The notes under the pieces were generated by a model. The model saw nothing but the letters and a program-made list of their open reading frames with translations. It searched no databases and was not told the origin of the DNA. A DNA stretch of 64,000 nucleotides, taken from the NCBI GenBank assembly GCA_047495785.1, contig JBLDXI010000029.1:2108001-2172000 (forward strand). Reading direction: 5' to 3'. Source of the DNA: Lepidodermella squamata (taxonomy: Eukaryota > Animalia > Gastrotricha). The position numbers and the translations under genes are program-made. Shown in pieces: positions 36,521 through 48,106 of the stretch; position 1 is the stretch's first letter, and the number at the start of each line of letters is the position of its first letter.

Positions 36521-36950
36521 ATGACGTAGAAGATACGAATATTTTTACCTCTTATAACTGAATTTTAAATTTTTTCGAAAAGGACATGAGCTAGAGCAAT
36601 CGAGAACGACACAAAACCTTGCTCAATTCATAGGAAGAAATTGGTTTCATGCTCTATGCCTTGAAAAGAATTTCATTTTATATATTTTTATCTCTCCTTT
36701 GAGCATTCTTTGTGCACCAACCTGGCCCGGTGCTCAATTTCGTTGAGCTTCTTTGAGCATTCCGTTAAGCACTGTTGAGCACTCCGTTGAGCAGCGTTGT
36801 GCACATTGAGCACAAAATGAGACTTTTCTTTAGGCACGTTGGGCATCTTTAAGCCGCCTTCAAGCACTCGTTGAGCGGCTATTGAGCACCGCGATCAGCA
36901 CCAGATTAAGCACCAGTCGTCAATGACAGAATTCAATTTAAAAAAAATCA

Positions 36951-37357
36951 GTCTCGGGCGGGAATTGAACCAGTGACCACTGCTCTCAAGCCCGCAATCG
37001 ACAAGGGAAGGAATGGAAACTCAATTAAATGCAAAAAGTTTTTTAGGGTAAACTCATCACTTATTCACTTTTTCAAGACGCTGAAAACAGCCTCGGAATC
37101 AGCTCGACGAGGAGAAGACGTTAGGCTATTAAAACGCGGAGAAAAAATGATTTTCTGATTTTTAAATTTTCCAAAAATAATTATTTCTCCGCGTTTTAAT
37201 AGCCTAACGTCTTCTCCTCGTCGAGCTGATTCCGAGGCTGTTTTCAGCGTCTTGAAAAAGTGAATAAGTGATGAGTTTACCCTAAAAAACTTTTTGCATT
37301 TAATTGAGTTTCCATTCCTTCCCTTGGCAATCGAATCCATTGCGCCACTGGTTCCTC
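36951..37357 (-). pseudogene. tRNA-derived (SINE-like) Pol III unit interrupted by a palindromic element; second B-box unit at ~37494-37528
   Basis: Rejoining across the insertion gives A box (AGTGGCGCAATGG), B box (GGTTCAATTCCC) and a downstream poly-T terminator. Confidence 0.6.
37002..37326. mobile_element. Almost fully palindromic 325-bp foldback element (hAT/P-like CAAGG termini, 8-bp TSD)
   Basis: About 143-bp perfect arms; GCAATCGA duplicated at 36994-37001 and 37327-37334. Confidence 0.9.
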
Positions 37358-38413
37358 ATAAATGGATACTATTAAAAAATCGACTTATCGATAATTTCAT
37401 TTGTTAACAATTTTGCAACTTTTGCAGTTTTTGTAATTGCAAGACTCCGCAACGAAAAAGAAATTGGGAAAAAAATATTAAAAAAAAACAATCAGTTGGG
37501 GGCGGGAATCGAACCCCACTGCCCTCACACTCATTTTTGTCATGTCATGTCATCTTTGGAGTGCTTAATGACAACCTGTTATCCTGTTGAGCGCAAGTTG
37601 AGCATTTGCGATAGGTTCCGGCTGACGTTGAGCCCAAATTGCGCACAAATTGAGCACCAATTGAGCATTCATTGAGCATTTTGAGCACAAGTTGTGCAAT
37701 TGAGCAAAAGTGCTCAAAGGAGAGATATTATTATTTTCTAAAACTGATAAATTCGAATGGATAGTTTAGACATTTTGAAAATACTTTAAATTGAATACTG
37801 AATAATTCACAAAATTAACATCATTATTATTCATGAGAAGGGCAGACGGGTAGTTACAACTTGTATCAAGTAACGGCAATGAATGTGGTTCGCTCACGTT
37901 TTGCACATCATAAGTCATGTTGGCGGCGCAGGTTATTCTACAATGCGAGTAGTTTAGCCATCGTTTACCTGAGTGTCGCGATCTGAAGCTACAGGCTTCA
38001 TCGGTTGCGAGCTCCGTGGGCAGTGGCCTTCCGAGTTATCGCGTCAAATCGGCTCAGCATTTGTGACGACGGTAGTTGTGGCACCATTGCACCTGAAATA
38101 TCTGAACCGTTGCCAACTTTTATGTACAGTAAAGCTGCGACTAGGCCTGATTGAATCTGGATTCCCACTGCGACAGCAATATTCTGCCCGCTGGTCGATT
38201 TCAGCATGAACACTACGGCAATAAGAGCCAGGAATAATGTTGATGAGAAAGCTATAGCCACACCTAATCGCTTCACGAAAGGATAATACGGCAAGTAACG
38301 ATTCCCCACAAGTTTCACCACATAAATTACACCCAGCCCAAGAATGGCGAGATGCAATGCAAGAAGAGCCGCCAACCATTGACCAGTAAAGTTCGACGTG
38401 CAAGTGATAGAAT

Positions 38414-41400
38414 GGCAGGACGTCAGAACAGCGACTGTCTAAAACAGCGAACGCGACAAAACAGCGAAAATGATAACAGCTGTCGACGTAACGGCGAAAG
38501 CGACAGAACAGCGAGGAAATATTTATATTTACCAGGATTGTTATATATTTCCATTGAAACGCGACATAACAGCCGATGCGCGTAACAGCGCTTTATGAAT
38601 AATATAAAACTAAACACCACAATGTTCCCGCTTTTTATATAAACCGACCGCTATTTTCGGACGCGATAGCGAACACACATTTTAAGGTGGAAACATATGC
38701 GACACTGTTGATGGAGAATGTAAAATCCAAATTTTTTTATATTTTTCAATTTCGATTTTAAATTTAAATAAGTTTTCAAATTTTGTGCTCGATTTTTTCC
38801 AATTTTTTCCTCACACATGGGTCGTAAAAAAGGTTCCAAGAACAAGCCTAAGCCGCCTGTAGTTGAGGCGACGCCTAGAATTACGCGTCGAAGGGCTGCT
38901 ACAACCGCCGTTCCTGTTCAGCCAACCGAGCAGAGTGCAAAACCGAAGAAATTTAAAAAATCAAAGAAGCAAGTAGGCGACAGTCCTGCCGCTGGAGTGC
39001 TATTAGGAGCAGCGGCTGCCAATAATCTTGGTGAAACTGACATTAGCTACTCACAGCCCGGCTCACCCCAATTGCTGTCGACCTCGCCCAGCGTTGCCGA
39101 AGATTCATTCATGATGGAACTGGCGCCCGTAGGACCATCGGCTGTTAAAGTTTCCACTCCCATAAATTTGCCAGAAAACGACGAGAACGCTCAGCTGACG
39201 TCTCTCGATGCGCTGCCGCCTCAACATTTTCTGGAGGAATTTCTTGGTTTGGCAGGTCATGAGCAGTTACCACCGCCACCTGGCTTCGAGTTAACATCGC
39301 CATTATCATCATCGTCTGCTATAACATCGCAATCGCCGCCGTCTAACCCAAGCGAGCTAGTCCCTACTGAGACTCCTTCGGCTTCCACGTCGAGACGCCG
39401 TGTTAATCGACCCGTCGTTAAACAAGGTCAAACCTTGTTCGTTTCAGCTTTAGCCGAGTTAGCTCTTGCCCCTGGCCGCACGGTTATTGAGTTCGAAAAG
39501 CCCACCTTGATCTCCAGCAACAAAAGGAAGGATCACCTGGTCTACCGCGGCTTCGAATACCGCGACCCGAACCCTCTAAAGAATGGTCACACTTCATGGC
39601 GCTGCTGTCGGATTTTTAAGACAACTGAGCCAATTGTGCCGAAAGAGGGCCGCGTTAGCAAAGCGAAATTCAAAACTAAGAGTTGTGAAGGAAGAGCGCT
39701 TTTTGACAGTGAAAACAGGCCTGTTGATGAAGAAAAATGGCCTGAGCACGGACACGAGCCGGATAACGATAAAACTAGCGCCCGCGGTTTGCGCGACGAA
39801 CTGAAGCACCGCGCCGGAAGCAGTCGGGACAAGCCTCGTGAATTACGGTCGGGTGTCGTCGAGGGTGTCGGCCTAGGTGTATTAGTCGCGATGGGGTCGG
39901 AGCGAGCTACTCAACGCCTATGCGAGCGAGTTCGAGCGAAAATTAATCCGCTGCCCAGGGCGCCGCCGTCTGTCGCCGACATTGATCTCGCTCTAGTGCC
40001 TCACTTGTTAAAGACAACACGCGGTGACGACTTCGTCCTTTTCGACACAAATGATGACGATAGGATAATTTGCTTCGGAACTAACAAGAACCTGGAACTG
40101 TTGAAGGAATGCCGGCGGATGTCTGGCGATGGCACATTTTGGATATCGCCGACGTTGTTTTCACAGGTAAAATAAAATTGAAAATAAAAATAAAATTTAG
40201 AATTAAAATTAAATTTCTGAATGAAATTAAAATTTTTTTGAAAAATAAAGTCTTGAAAATAATTTGATTATTTTTTTGATTTTTTTTTTAATTTTTTTGA
40301 AAAAGTTGCATGAAATGAAATGAAACTATTTACAATTATTACAGGTCTATACCCTTCATGCCGTGACTGAAGGCGCCATCTTTCCGGTCGCTTATGCCCT
40401 TCTGCCTCGTAAAGACGGCCCAATTTACGAAAAATTATTCGATAGACTTCGGCAAAAAATTCCGGATCTATATCTCGAACAGGTTACTCTCGATTTTGAG
40501 CTAGCGGCGATTTCGAGTCTTGCGGCGATATGGCCTAATGCGATGATTCTCGGCTGCTTCTTTCACCTCTGCCAAGTAAGGAACTCGTTGATTTATCATT
40601 TTTTTTTTAAATTTAAATTTCGTATTTCTAGGCTGTTTATCGCAGAGTGTGCGCCTATGGTATGCAAGGTCTCTACAGCAGCAATGCGACTGTTAAGCGC
40701 TGGTGCAAATATCTACCTGCACTCGCCTTTTTGCCGCTCGATCAGGTCGCGTCTTCATTTTACGCGTTAGACGCCAAGGTCGCTGAAATTGCCGAAAAAG
40801 AAAATGCTCCTGGCCTCCTTCGCCTATACGAATATTTCGAAACATTCTATGTGGGCGTGTACCGCCACCGCATTTTGACGAAAAATCCAAGGTTCGATCC
40901 TGCCATTTGGACATGCTTTTTGAGGGCTTGTGCCGGCTTCCCGCTCACTGACAACGAAGCTGAAGTTTGGCACAAGGTCTTCCAAGACTTCGTAGACAAG
41001 CCGCATCCGTCCCCGTATGAACTGATCGCTTACTTCCGCAAGGAGCAAGACCTCTGCAAAGCCCGGCTGCTGTCGCGTGCTAGCGGTTTAACATACAAAA
41101 GGTCCTATCCTCAAGAGGAGAAGGCAGCGGCGGCATTGAAAAAGATCTGCTTGTCTTTCGACACAGAAAAAATCAGCGATGTTGTCTCGATTGAGGCTTA
41201 TTTGTATACTATTATTTTGCACTTTGAATTGAAAAGGGACAAGTACCGAAAAATACCAGTTGAGCTGCTGACCAATTAGTCTTTGTTTAAAACAAATACT
41301 TTCAATTTGCTGGCTTTATATGATAATAAGCTAATCGCGATCGCTGTTTTGCGTTTCGCTGTTTTGACGCTAATTAAATAAATCGTGTATATACACCGCT

Positions 41401-41517
41401 GTTTTGTCGCTAATGAGGAATTACGCTGTTACGTCGATCGCCGTTACGTCGCAGTACACATTTTCGCTGTTTTGTCGCGTTCGCTGTTTTAGACAGTCGC
41501 TGTTATGGCGGTCTGCC
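38414..41517 (+). mobile_element. Apparently intact Mutator-like DNA transposon (FLYWCH-MULE)
   Basis: TIRs GGCAG..CA(G/T)AACAGCGACTGTCTAAAACAGCGAACGCGACAAAACAGCGAAAA; 8-bp TSD GATAGAAT at 38406-38413 and 41518-41525. Confidence 0.92.
38817..41279 (+). CDS. MULE transposase with FLYWCH domain (exons 38817-40166, 40345-40575, 40632-41279; 742 aa)
   Basis: FLYWCH (LVYRGFEY..WRC..C..HGH) and DDE motifs (GDGTF, LDFE, GCFFH, TDNEAEVWH). Both phase-0 introns splice in frame. Confidence 0.9.
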
Positions 41518-44046
41518 GATAGAATACATCTCTATGTAAGTATCGGTTTCAGCAATGTAGGACCTGGAATTTTCCGGTTTAGCAAGCACTGCGCGGTAAG
41601 GATCAGATGTCAACCAAGAAGTGAGGACAATAAAGGTTAGGAGCAGAAAAACAAGTGTCCTGATTACGAATGAAGCTTCCTCCGTAAAGGGATTAGTTTC
41701 ACGATTTTGACGCGCAGCATTTTGCCGCAAGATATGGAAAGCAGTCCTCAAACGAAAAACCAGAAAGCTGTAGAGAAGTGATAGCCCCAAAACTACAGTG
41801 GATATACTTGCCTCACAAACCGCATTTCCACGCATTATGGTCGGAGTTACAAGAATAATAGAACCTCCTGCAAAGAGCATGAAACTCAGTAACACAATGA
41901 CGTCATCAATCTTTCTCGCGAGATTCTTCTTATCAGACGATATGATAAAGGAAATGCCGCTGATTTGACAGATTAGGACCAGGCAAGTTGTCGTTGTCAG
42001 GACGCCAAATACTGAAACGGGAATGCCAACATCGACGAATTCTTCAAAAGCTGCGTCTTTGGGTAGAAAATTAGGTGCAACAGGTGCAATCACGCGTATA
42101 TTGAATAGCGAAGTGTCGTTACTCGTTGTAGCATTGCCATCCAGAGATATGGCGTACCTTATTCGAAGGCCGGTCTGCTGCGACCAGGTTGCTACTTGTT
42201 GAGTTTCATAGTCCATCTCCATATTTCCAGAATAGTAAAATAGCCCGTGTTGTAAATTCCTATATCTTATGTTGCCAATACTTTGATTCACAGCTAGCAT
42301 CACGTTTCGAGGGTCGTCCTTGAAGTTCCTGAGAGACGAATTTCGGCTGTTTAGAAGTTTCTCCGACTCAGCCAACGTGACGATAGAATGCAGAGCGGAA
42401 TCGTAACAGAAGTATCTCAGGGGATAATCAGCCATTTTCATATCAACTGGATAGTTCGACTTTAGGTAAGTTTCAAACCCAGGCAGGGTGTTTCCCAAAT
42501 AGTCTTTGGTTACGCCATCGTTACCATTTGTGAGTTGAGAAAGGGCACCAAAATATAGCACTCTTTCGGCTTGCTCCTTATAAATCGAGATGTTACAGTT
42601 CTTCGGATACAAAGCAGTTGGAAAAATGTTGGGATCCATGTAGGCAGTGATGAACGTTATGAACAAGTACTTATCTCCCTTTATACCATTTCTGTATGCC
42701 TGACAGAGGAAAGGGACCATGATGAACACATCGGAATTTTCGACAGAGAAAATTCTGATGTCTTTTTTGATGAATGATTGCATCAAATCATCGTTAAAGT
42801 CTGAACTCGCTTCAATAGTCTGTACACCCAACCCAAATTTGTTATTCATTGCTACCGTGTAACTAGCAGCCTCTAACCCTAGGGTATTTTCTGTGGCCGG
42901 AAATACAATGGCAGTTTTCCTCCATGGGGTGAACTGCTTGATAAAGCTGAGTCTAGCCATTATTGTTAGTTGCGTCGAAGCCCTGAGACGCCATAAGTTG
43001 GGGTACAGCTCCCGCCGATTTGCTTGACTGGGCGACTGGCAAGCCCAAGCTATCATAACCATATTCATATGAGAGGCAACTCTGCCCCAACTCTTACAAC
43101 CTGGGGTATAGGTAATGCCGACTGTTACGGGGGATAAGTATAGACCGGGCTCTGATGAGTCAAACATCGACCGCATAAAGTTGATGCTCGTCGACGTTGC
43201 CAGAGAGCTTTGAGGTCCTTCGTCGCGATGTTCGAATTCGAGGTGGTAGTCGGGCAGAATGTCTGAACGATTGTTCGCGAATTCGTAAGCAGCTTGGAAG
43301 GCCCACCGACAGTTCCTGAAATCTCCTGCGTTCAGAAACAAGGGGATGTGGAATAGTGTTCGTAAGCGGTATGGCTTTCGAGATTCAATCTGGTTGATAG
43401 CCAAGATGAGGAGAATCATAACTACAGATGTAGATCCCATTCTGGGATGTCCGCTGAAAATCTTGCCAAAGATGAATATTTTGAAAAATGATTACAATTT
43501 TGCGCTTTAAATTTGCTGGCTATTACGCCCCCAAGGCGCTACGTTTTCCGCGGGGACGTCTGAGCTTTCAAAATATGTCTTTGAGCAGTTACACAAGATC
43601 GCGCATGGTAAACTTCCTACACTAATGATAAAAACGGATGCATCTGACTGACGCACACTCTAGGAATTTATAGCACAAGTTAAATACGCGCTTTAAAATA
43701 CCCGGACGACTGACAAGGATTATCTATCATGTACCCCTTGTGCTCGAATCAAATATGTATAACGATTGATGGTGTACGATGTACGATGACGCTTTTCCAA
43801 AATAGGAGAGCGAATTTTTTCCACTGAGCACTAAAAGGGTCTTTCTCGCATCGACCTACATCCAATCTTGAGACTAATTAGTGCGTATTAGTCTCAAGTA
43901 TCCAATCTAACACGCTTAAATGGAAAGTATTTACGTGAATCAAACTCTACAGTGTACGAAGTAGGATCCTCGAGGGGATAGGAGGAGGAGTGGTTTGGTA
44001 GGAGAGGGCTAAGAAGGCAGGAGCGCGTGGGCAAAGGAGCTTGAGT

Positions 44047-45008
44047 TCAATCTTTGAGCTTAATGTCAACTTCGAATGTCAACTCGCGGTACTCTTCGGG
44101 GCAGCAAACATATCTGAAATCTCTGAACGACGCTTTGGTGCCGACAAGATCAATTCCGGGCGTTTCCTCGAAGCCGGTAACACTTATGCCTTCTGATCCT
44201 TCAGGGATCTCGACGCGAATTTGTGCATTGTTGTGATACGATGACCAGGCCTTCAAAGTGCACTTGTAAGTGTCATCGGTTAAATTGCATGGAAATTTTT
44301 ATTGCTGCATGCGAGGAATCCAAAGAACTGTTCCATCGGACGTTACAAGAGCATCAGATGCCATCATGTTGCGACTCTGATCTCGAACTCCGCCATTGTA
44401 GCTAGAAAGTGAAGAAATTATTTTTCGGCGAAATCTATGATAAATATATATCATAGCAATACTCGTTTTCAAAGGCAAAATCAGGTCGCCAGATTTTCTC
44501 AGCGGGAAGAGCTATCGATTTGACCCCTCCGTAGCGAAGGAGTCCATGACAGAACTGGATCCTGCCATGACAGCCTCATGGTTGTCGCAAGAGTTACATA
44601 GCCATGGGAATCGACTTCGATGATCCTCGTCGGACCCAGTCGCATAGAGACATTGACAGGAATTTCGCTGGGAGAAAAATTCCAAGTCACTTCATTATAA
44701 ACAAAAAGAACCAAGATAAAGTTACGGATCATCTGAGACAGTAGGCCACCCAGAAGGAGACAGTTCCACACTCTTAGGAACTTTGAAAGGATTTTCACTG
44801 GAAAAAAGTCCAAAAGTCACTTTATTGCCAATGAATAAGAAGAAAAACGATCGAGTTACGGATCTGTAGCAGGTAGTCCAATAGTTCCTTGCGCAGCCGC
44901 TTTGCTAACCAAATATCTCCCGAGATCGCGTTCAGTAAGGACATTTTTACGCGTTGTCGATGTAACCAAAAGAACATCAAAAAAAGCTGAAAGCAGGTTG
45001 GACAGCAT
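44047..45008 (-). pseudogene. Soluble acetylcholine-binding-protein-like gene (nAChR ECD only) with a frameshift and an in-frame stop
   Basis: LSWQDPVLSW, IWRPD, SDGTVLWIP, loop C YVCCPEEY, stop directly after beta10. Frameshift at about 44534; TAA at 44299-44301. Confidence 0.75.
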
Positions 45009-45724
45009 TTTATTTTGCTGAAATTTAAACTTGGACGGATGACGGATTGGAAAAACAATGGCTCATGTACCCATTAAATATTCACGTAACTACCTTTTTT
45101 ACAGCGTGGTTTAAAACTAATGGATTGAATTATGGTAATCATCTGATATCTGATGGGCATGAGACCTTCTTGCTATGCCGTAGTTTGAGTTCATCTTCTC
45201 TGCAAGTTTTTGTCATTAAGAAAAACACTATTTTGAATGAAAATGGACTTCATTGAAAAAAACATTCTATTTTGATTGAAACTACCGTCATTTAGGGCAA
45301 AATGAACCTTTGGGGTTAATTGGCCGAAAATTGAGGTTTTCACATTGTTATCGATGGCTCAAAAACTATAAGGGCAAACTTTACAAAAATTTACGTTAAC
45401 TATTATCAACAAGCCTTCTACAAGCCTGCAAATGTTTAGCCAGGTATGTCCTAAACCACAAAATGAGGTCACAGCATGTTGCTATATAAACGTGAGTTTT
45501 CGGAGGTAAAAATGACACCTTTTAATTGATTTAGCTGGAAGCTGGAACCAATAACGAGGTTTCAAATTATTTTTTCCTACGGCCATTTTCGTCGTAGATG
45601 ACAGAAAAAAATCCGCGACCCCTGGCGATGCACAGGTATGGCTAGGCGATTGAGGCCAAATTACCCCACGGAAAAGTCAATTACGGGGGCTAATTGGCCA
45701 CGCTTACCCTTATATTGGGTTTTT

Positions 45725-45913
45725 CATATCGTTAGCGACGTTGAATAAGTAACTCGGATTTAGGCTTGTTTACATCCGTTTCAAGGTCGCACAGGTAAAA
45801 AGTCTTTTGTTTTTTTCCTCTTCATTCAAGTTAAAAAGCTGCCGCTTTTTACTTGTCACCTATCACCTTGAAACAGATGAAAATCCGAGTTATTCAACGT
45901 CGCTAACGATATG
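45725..45913. mobile_element. Small foldback/MITE
   Basis: CATATCGTTAGCGACGTTGAATAA..CTCGGATTT / AAATCCGAG.TTATTCAACGTCGCTAACGATATG. Confidence 0.7.
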
Positions 45914-45925
45914 TTGCGATTTTGA

Positions 45926-46017
45926 GGTTTGAATGGTCGAGTGGTTGTAATGCACCATCAGAACTTGTGTGATCTGACGAGCGTCGGTTCGACTCCTCAT
46001 GAAGCAGCATTTTTTTG
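45926..46017 (+). pseudogene. Degenerate tRNA / tRNA-derived SINE head
   Basis: A box TGGTCGAGTGG, B box GGTTCGACTCC, T-run terminator; no convincing acceptor or anticodon stems. Confidence 0.55.
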
Positions 46018-46850
46018 CTACGCATTAAGACACACCTATCAGTAATTTCCGGCCGTTACGGATAGCTCTTGGAAGGATAAACACATTGGTTAACTTTTCG
46101 ACATTTTAATGATTTTAAAAACGTGGGAAATCGCGAAAAAGGAAATTGACAATGACGCATATTTAATTGGAACAGGTAACTCTGATCGAGGTCTACATTT
46201 CGATTCTTATGTTTCGAGCTTGGACGATTTTTTAAGGATAACGAGAACTTTGTTGACCAAAAAACCACCAAAGAAGCCAATGATTGGGTAAAGCCCGAAA
46301 AAGCGTCGACCCATATTGAGTATGAGCCGTCTCGCAAGTCGGCCGTCAGCAGCCGACTTGGTTCTATCGCTAAATGAGACAATTTCTCATGTTTTCGAAT
46401 CGCTTCGACGCTCGGGAATTTTAATGATGCTTCTATTGTAGATTCATGCTGGCTGTGTATCAGAGTATTGGAAACATTAGTTTTTGGTTCTAGAACAGCT
46501 TTTATTCCGCTAATACTCGCAAGAAGGGAGATGGACCTATATTCTCTCTATTTAAACACCTATGTCAGCTCCTACGTATTCATCCAGTTTAGAGAATAAC
46601 CCAATTCTCAAATATTCTAAAATAGAATAATTATATTGTGAATTTTAAAAATAGCTTGCTAGCGCGCGCCCTTGGATGAAGGGGCGTCAGCAACACCAGT
46701 GTGACGCCTCACCGCCATTTCATAGCGCACGCGATTCAAGGCTTTAAAAAGGTCGATTTTACTACGTTTCAATCATCAATCGCTCTCGCTTGCAATTTCA
46801 AAGCTTCATCTTCTCTTTAATTCGCTTTTACGTGTTTTCTCGAAAATAAA

Positions 46851-48106
46851 ATGGCCGCCACTTACACCTTTCAACCGACCTACCCGACCGCCGCCCCGGT
46901 CGCCGGCTACGCCAGCCCGGTCAACGTCGAGAGCCTGCTCCGCAACAAGGTCGACATTTACTCGACCCTGAGCAACGAGCGCAGCCTCATCAACAACACC
47001 CTCGTCGCCCCGGCCCCGGCGATGATCAACGCCAGCCCAGTCATGCCGACCCCGTTCGCCCGCGTCCCGACCCCGTACTCGAGCCCGATCGAGCGCCCGG
47101 TTGAGGTCGCCCGCGCCTACGGAGCCGAGACCGGCGCCCAGCTGGCCCACATCGTCGCCGCCCGCATGGCTCCGATGGCCCAGCCGCAGCTCGTCCAGCC
47201 GATCGCCGCCCAGTGGGGTGCTGAGATCTGCGCCGAGATCGCCGTCGAGCTCGCCCTCGCCCCGGTCGATGCTGAGATCACCAGCCGCCGCTGCGTCATC
47301 CGCGCCGCCGAGCAGGGTGCCCGTCTCGGTGCCACCGTCGCCCAGCGCCTCGGCTGCGGCCCGGTCGAGACCGAGCAGGCCGCCCGCATCGGCCAGCAGC
47401 TGTTCGCCGACATCTGCCAGCGCATCGCCGCCCAGGTCTTCGCCCGCCAGTGGACCGGCGCCAACCCGGCCTTGTGGATGACCACCGGTCGCCCCGAGCT
47501 GTTCTCCGCCATCGACAACACCTGGTCCCACCACGACAAGCTGTACAACGTCGCCTTCCGCCCGTCGTCGGAGGTCGAGCTGTACACCCTGTCGAACCCG
47601 ATCCGCGTCATCGACACCGAGGGCAACCGCCAGCTGTGCCTCGTCTTCGCCCTGAAGAGCTACAAGCCGGAGGAGATCACCGTCACCCTGAACAAGGCCG
47701 AGCGCGCCGTCGTCATCGAGGCCGCCCACGAGGCCAAGGACGGCAAGGAGCACCAGATCAGCCGCAAGTACTCCCGCAAGTTCGTCCTGCCCGAGGTAAT
47801 TTGACCCTTCGATCTCTCGAAATGCAATCTTAATTGTTCTCAATTTTGCAGACTCTTGCCAAGATTGACCTGTCGAAGGTTGAGCTCAAGTCGTACCAGA
47901 CCGCCGAGGGCTACCTTGTTGTCGAGTGCGAGCTGCCGAAGATGAGCGTCGAGGAGATTGCCAAGTCGCCGGTCATGTCGCAGCTGCTTCAGCAGACCGC
48001 TTTCGCCGGCATGCTGCCCTCGATGATGGGCGCCAACGGCCGCTTCACCGCCCAGCACAGCCAGCTCATCAACAACACCCGCCCCGTCACCGTCAAGACC
48101 GCCTAA
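46851..48106 (+). CDS. Small heat-shock protein (HSP20) with long N-terminal region, copy 2
   Basis: Near-identical to 33175-34421, including promoter, intron position and 3' UTR; 9-nt in-frame insertion (MGA) near the C-terminus. Confidence 0.85.

Larger units (their letters stand above)
36689..37727. mobile_element. Non-autonomous TIR element with TTGAGCA(C) subterminal repeats carrying tRNA-derived sequences
   Basis: TIR TATCTCTCCTTTGAGCA / TGCTCAAAGGAGAGATA; many TTGAGCA motifs at both ends. Confidence 0.7.
37998..43440 (-). pseudogene. Intronless GABA-B-like class C GPCR (about 776 aa when rejoined), disrupted by a Mutator insertion
   Basis: Signal peptide, Venus-flytrap (ANNRSDILPDYHL, LYPNLWR, WRKTAIV) and TM1-4 in 41518-43440. 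Removing the element and one TSD continues in frame (EMYSI|TCTSNFTGQWLAALL) through TM5-7 to the stop at 37998. Confidence 0.85.

Noticed and set aside
36700-36910. Repeated TTGAGCA(C) motifs as a possible CRISPR-like array
   Set aside because: The motifs are short and irregularly spaced, lie inside a eukaryotic TIR element, and have no cas genes nearby; they are subterminal repeats.
36973-37340. Two similar small ORFs on opposite strands
   Set aside because: Both arise from the arms of the non-coding palindromic element.
43860-43908. 12-bp hairpin flanked by an ATCCAATCT direct repeat
   Set aside because: Too short to distinguish a transposon footprint from a chance repair scar.
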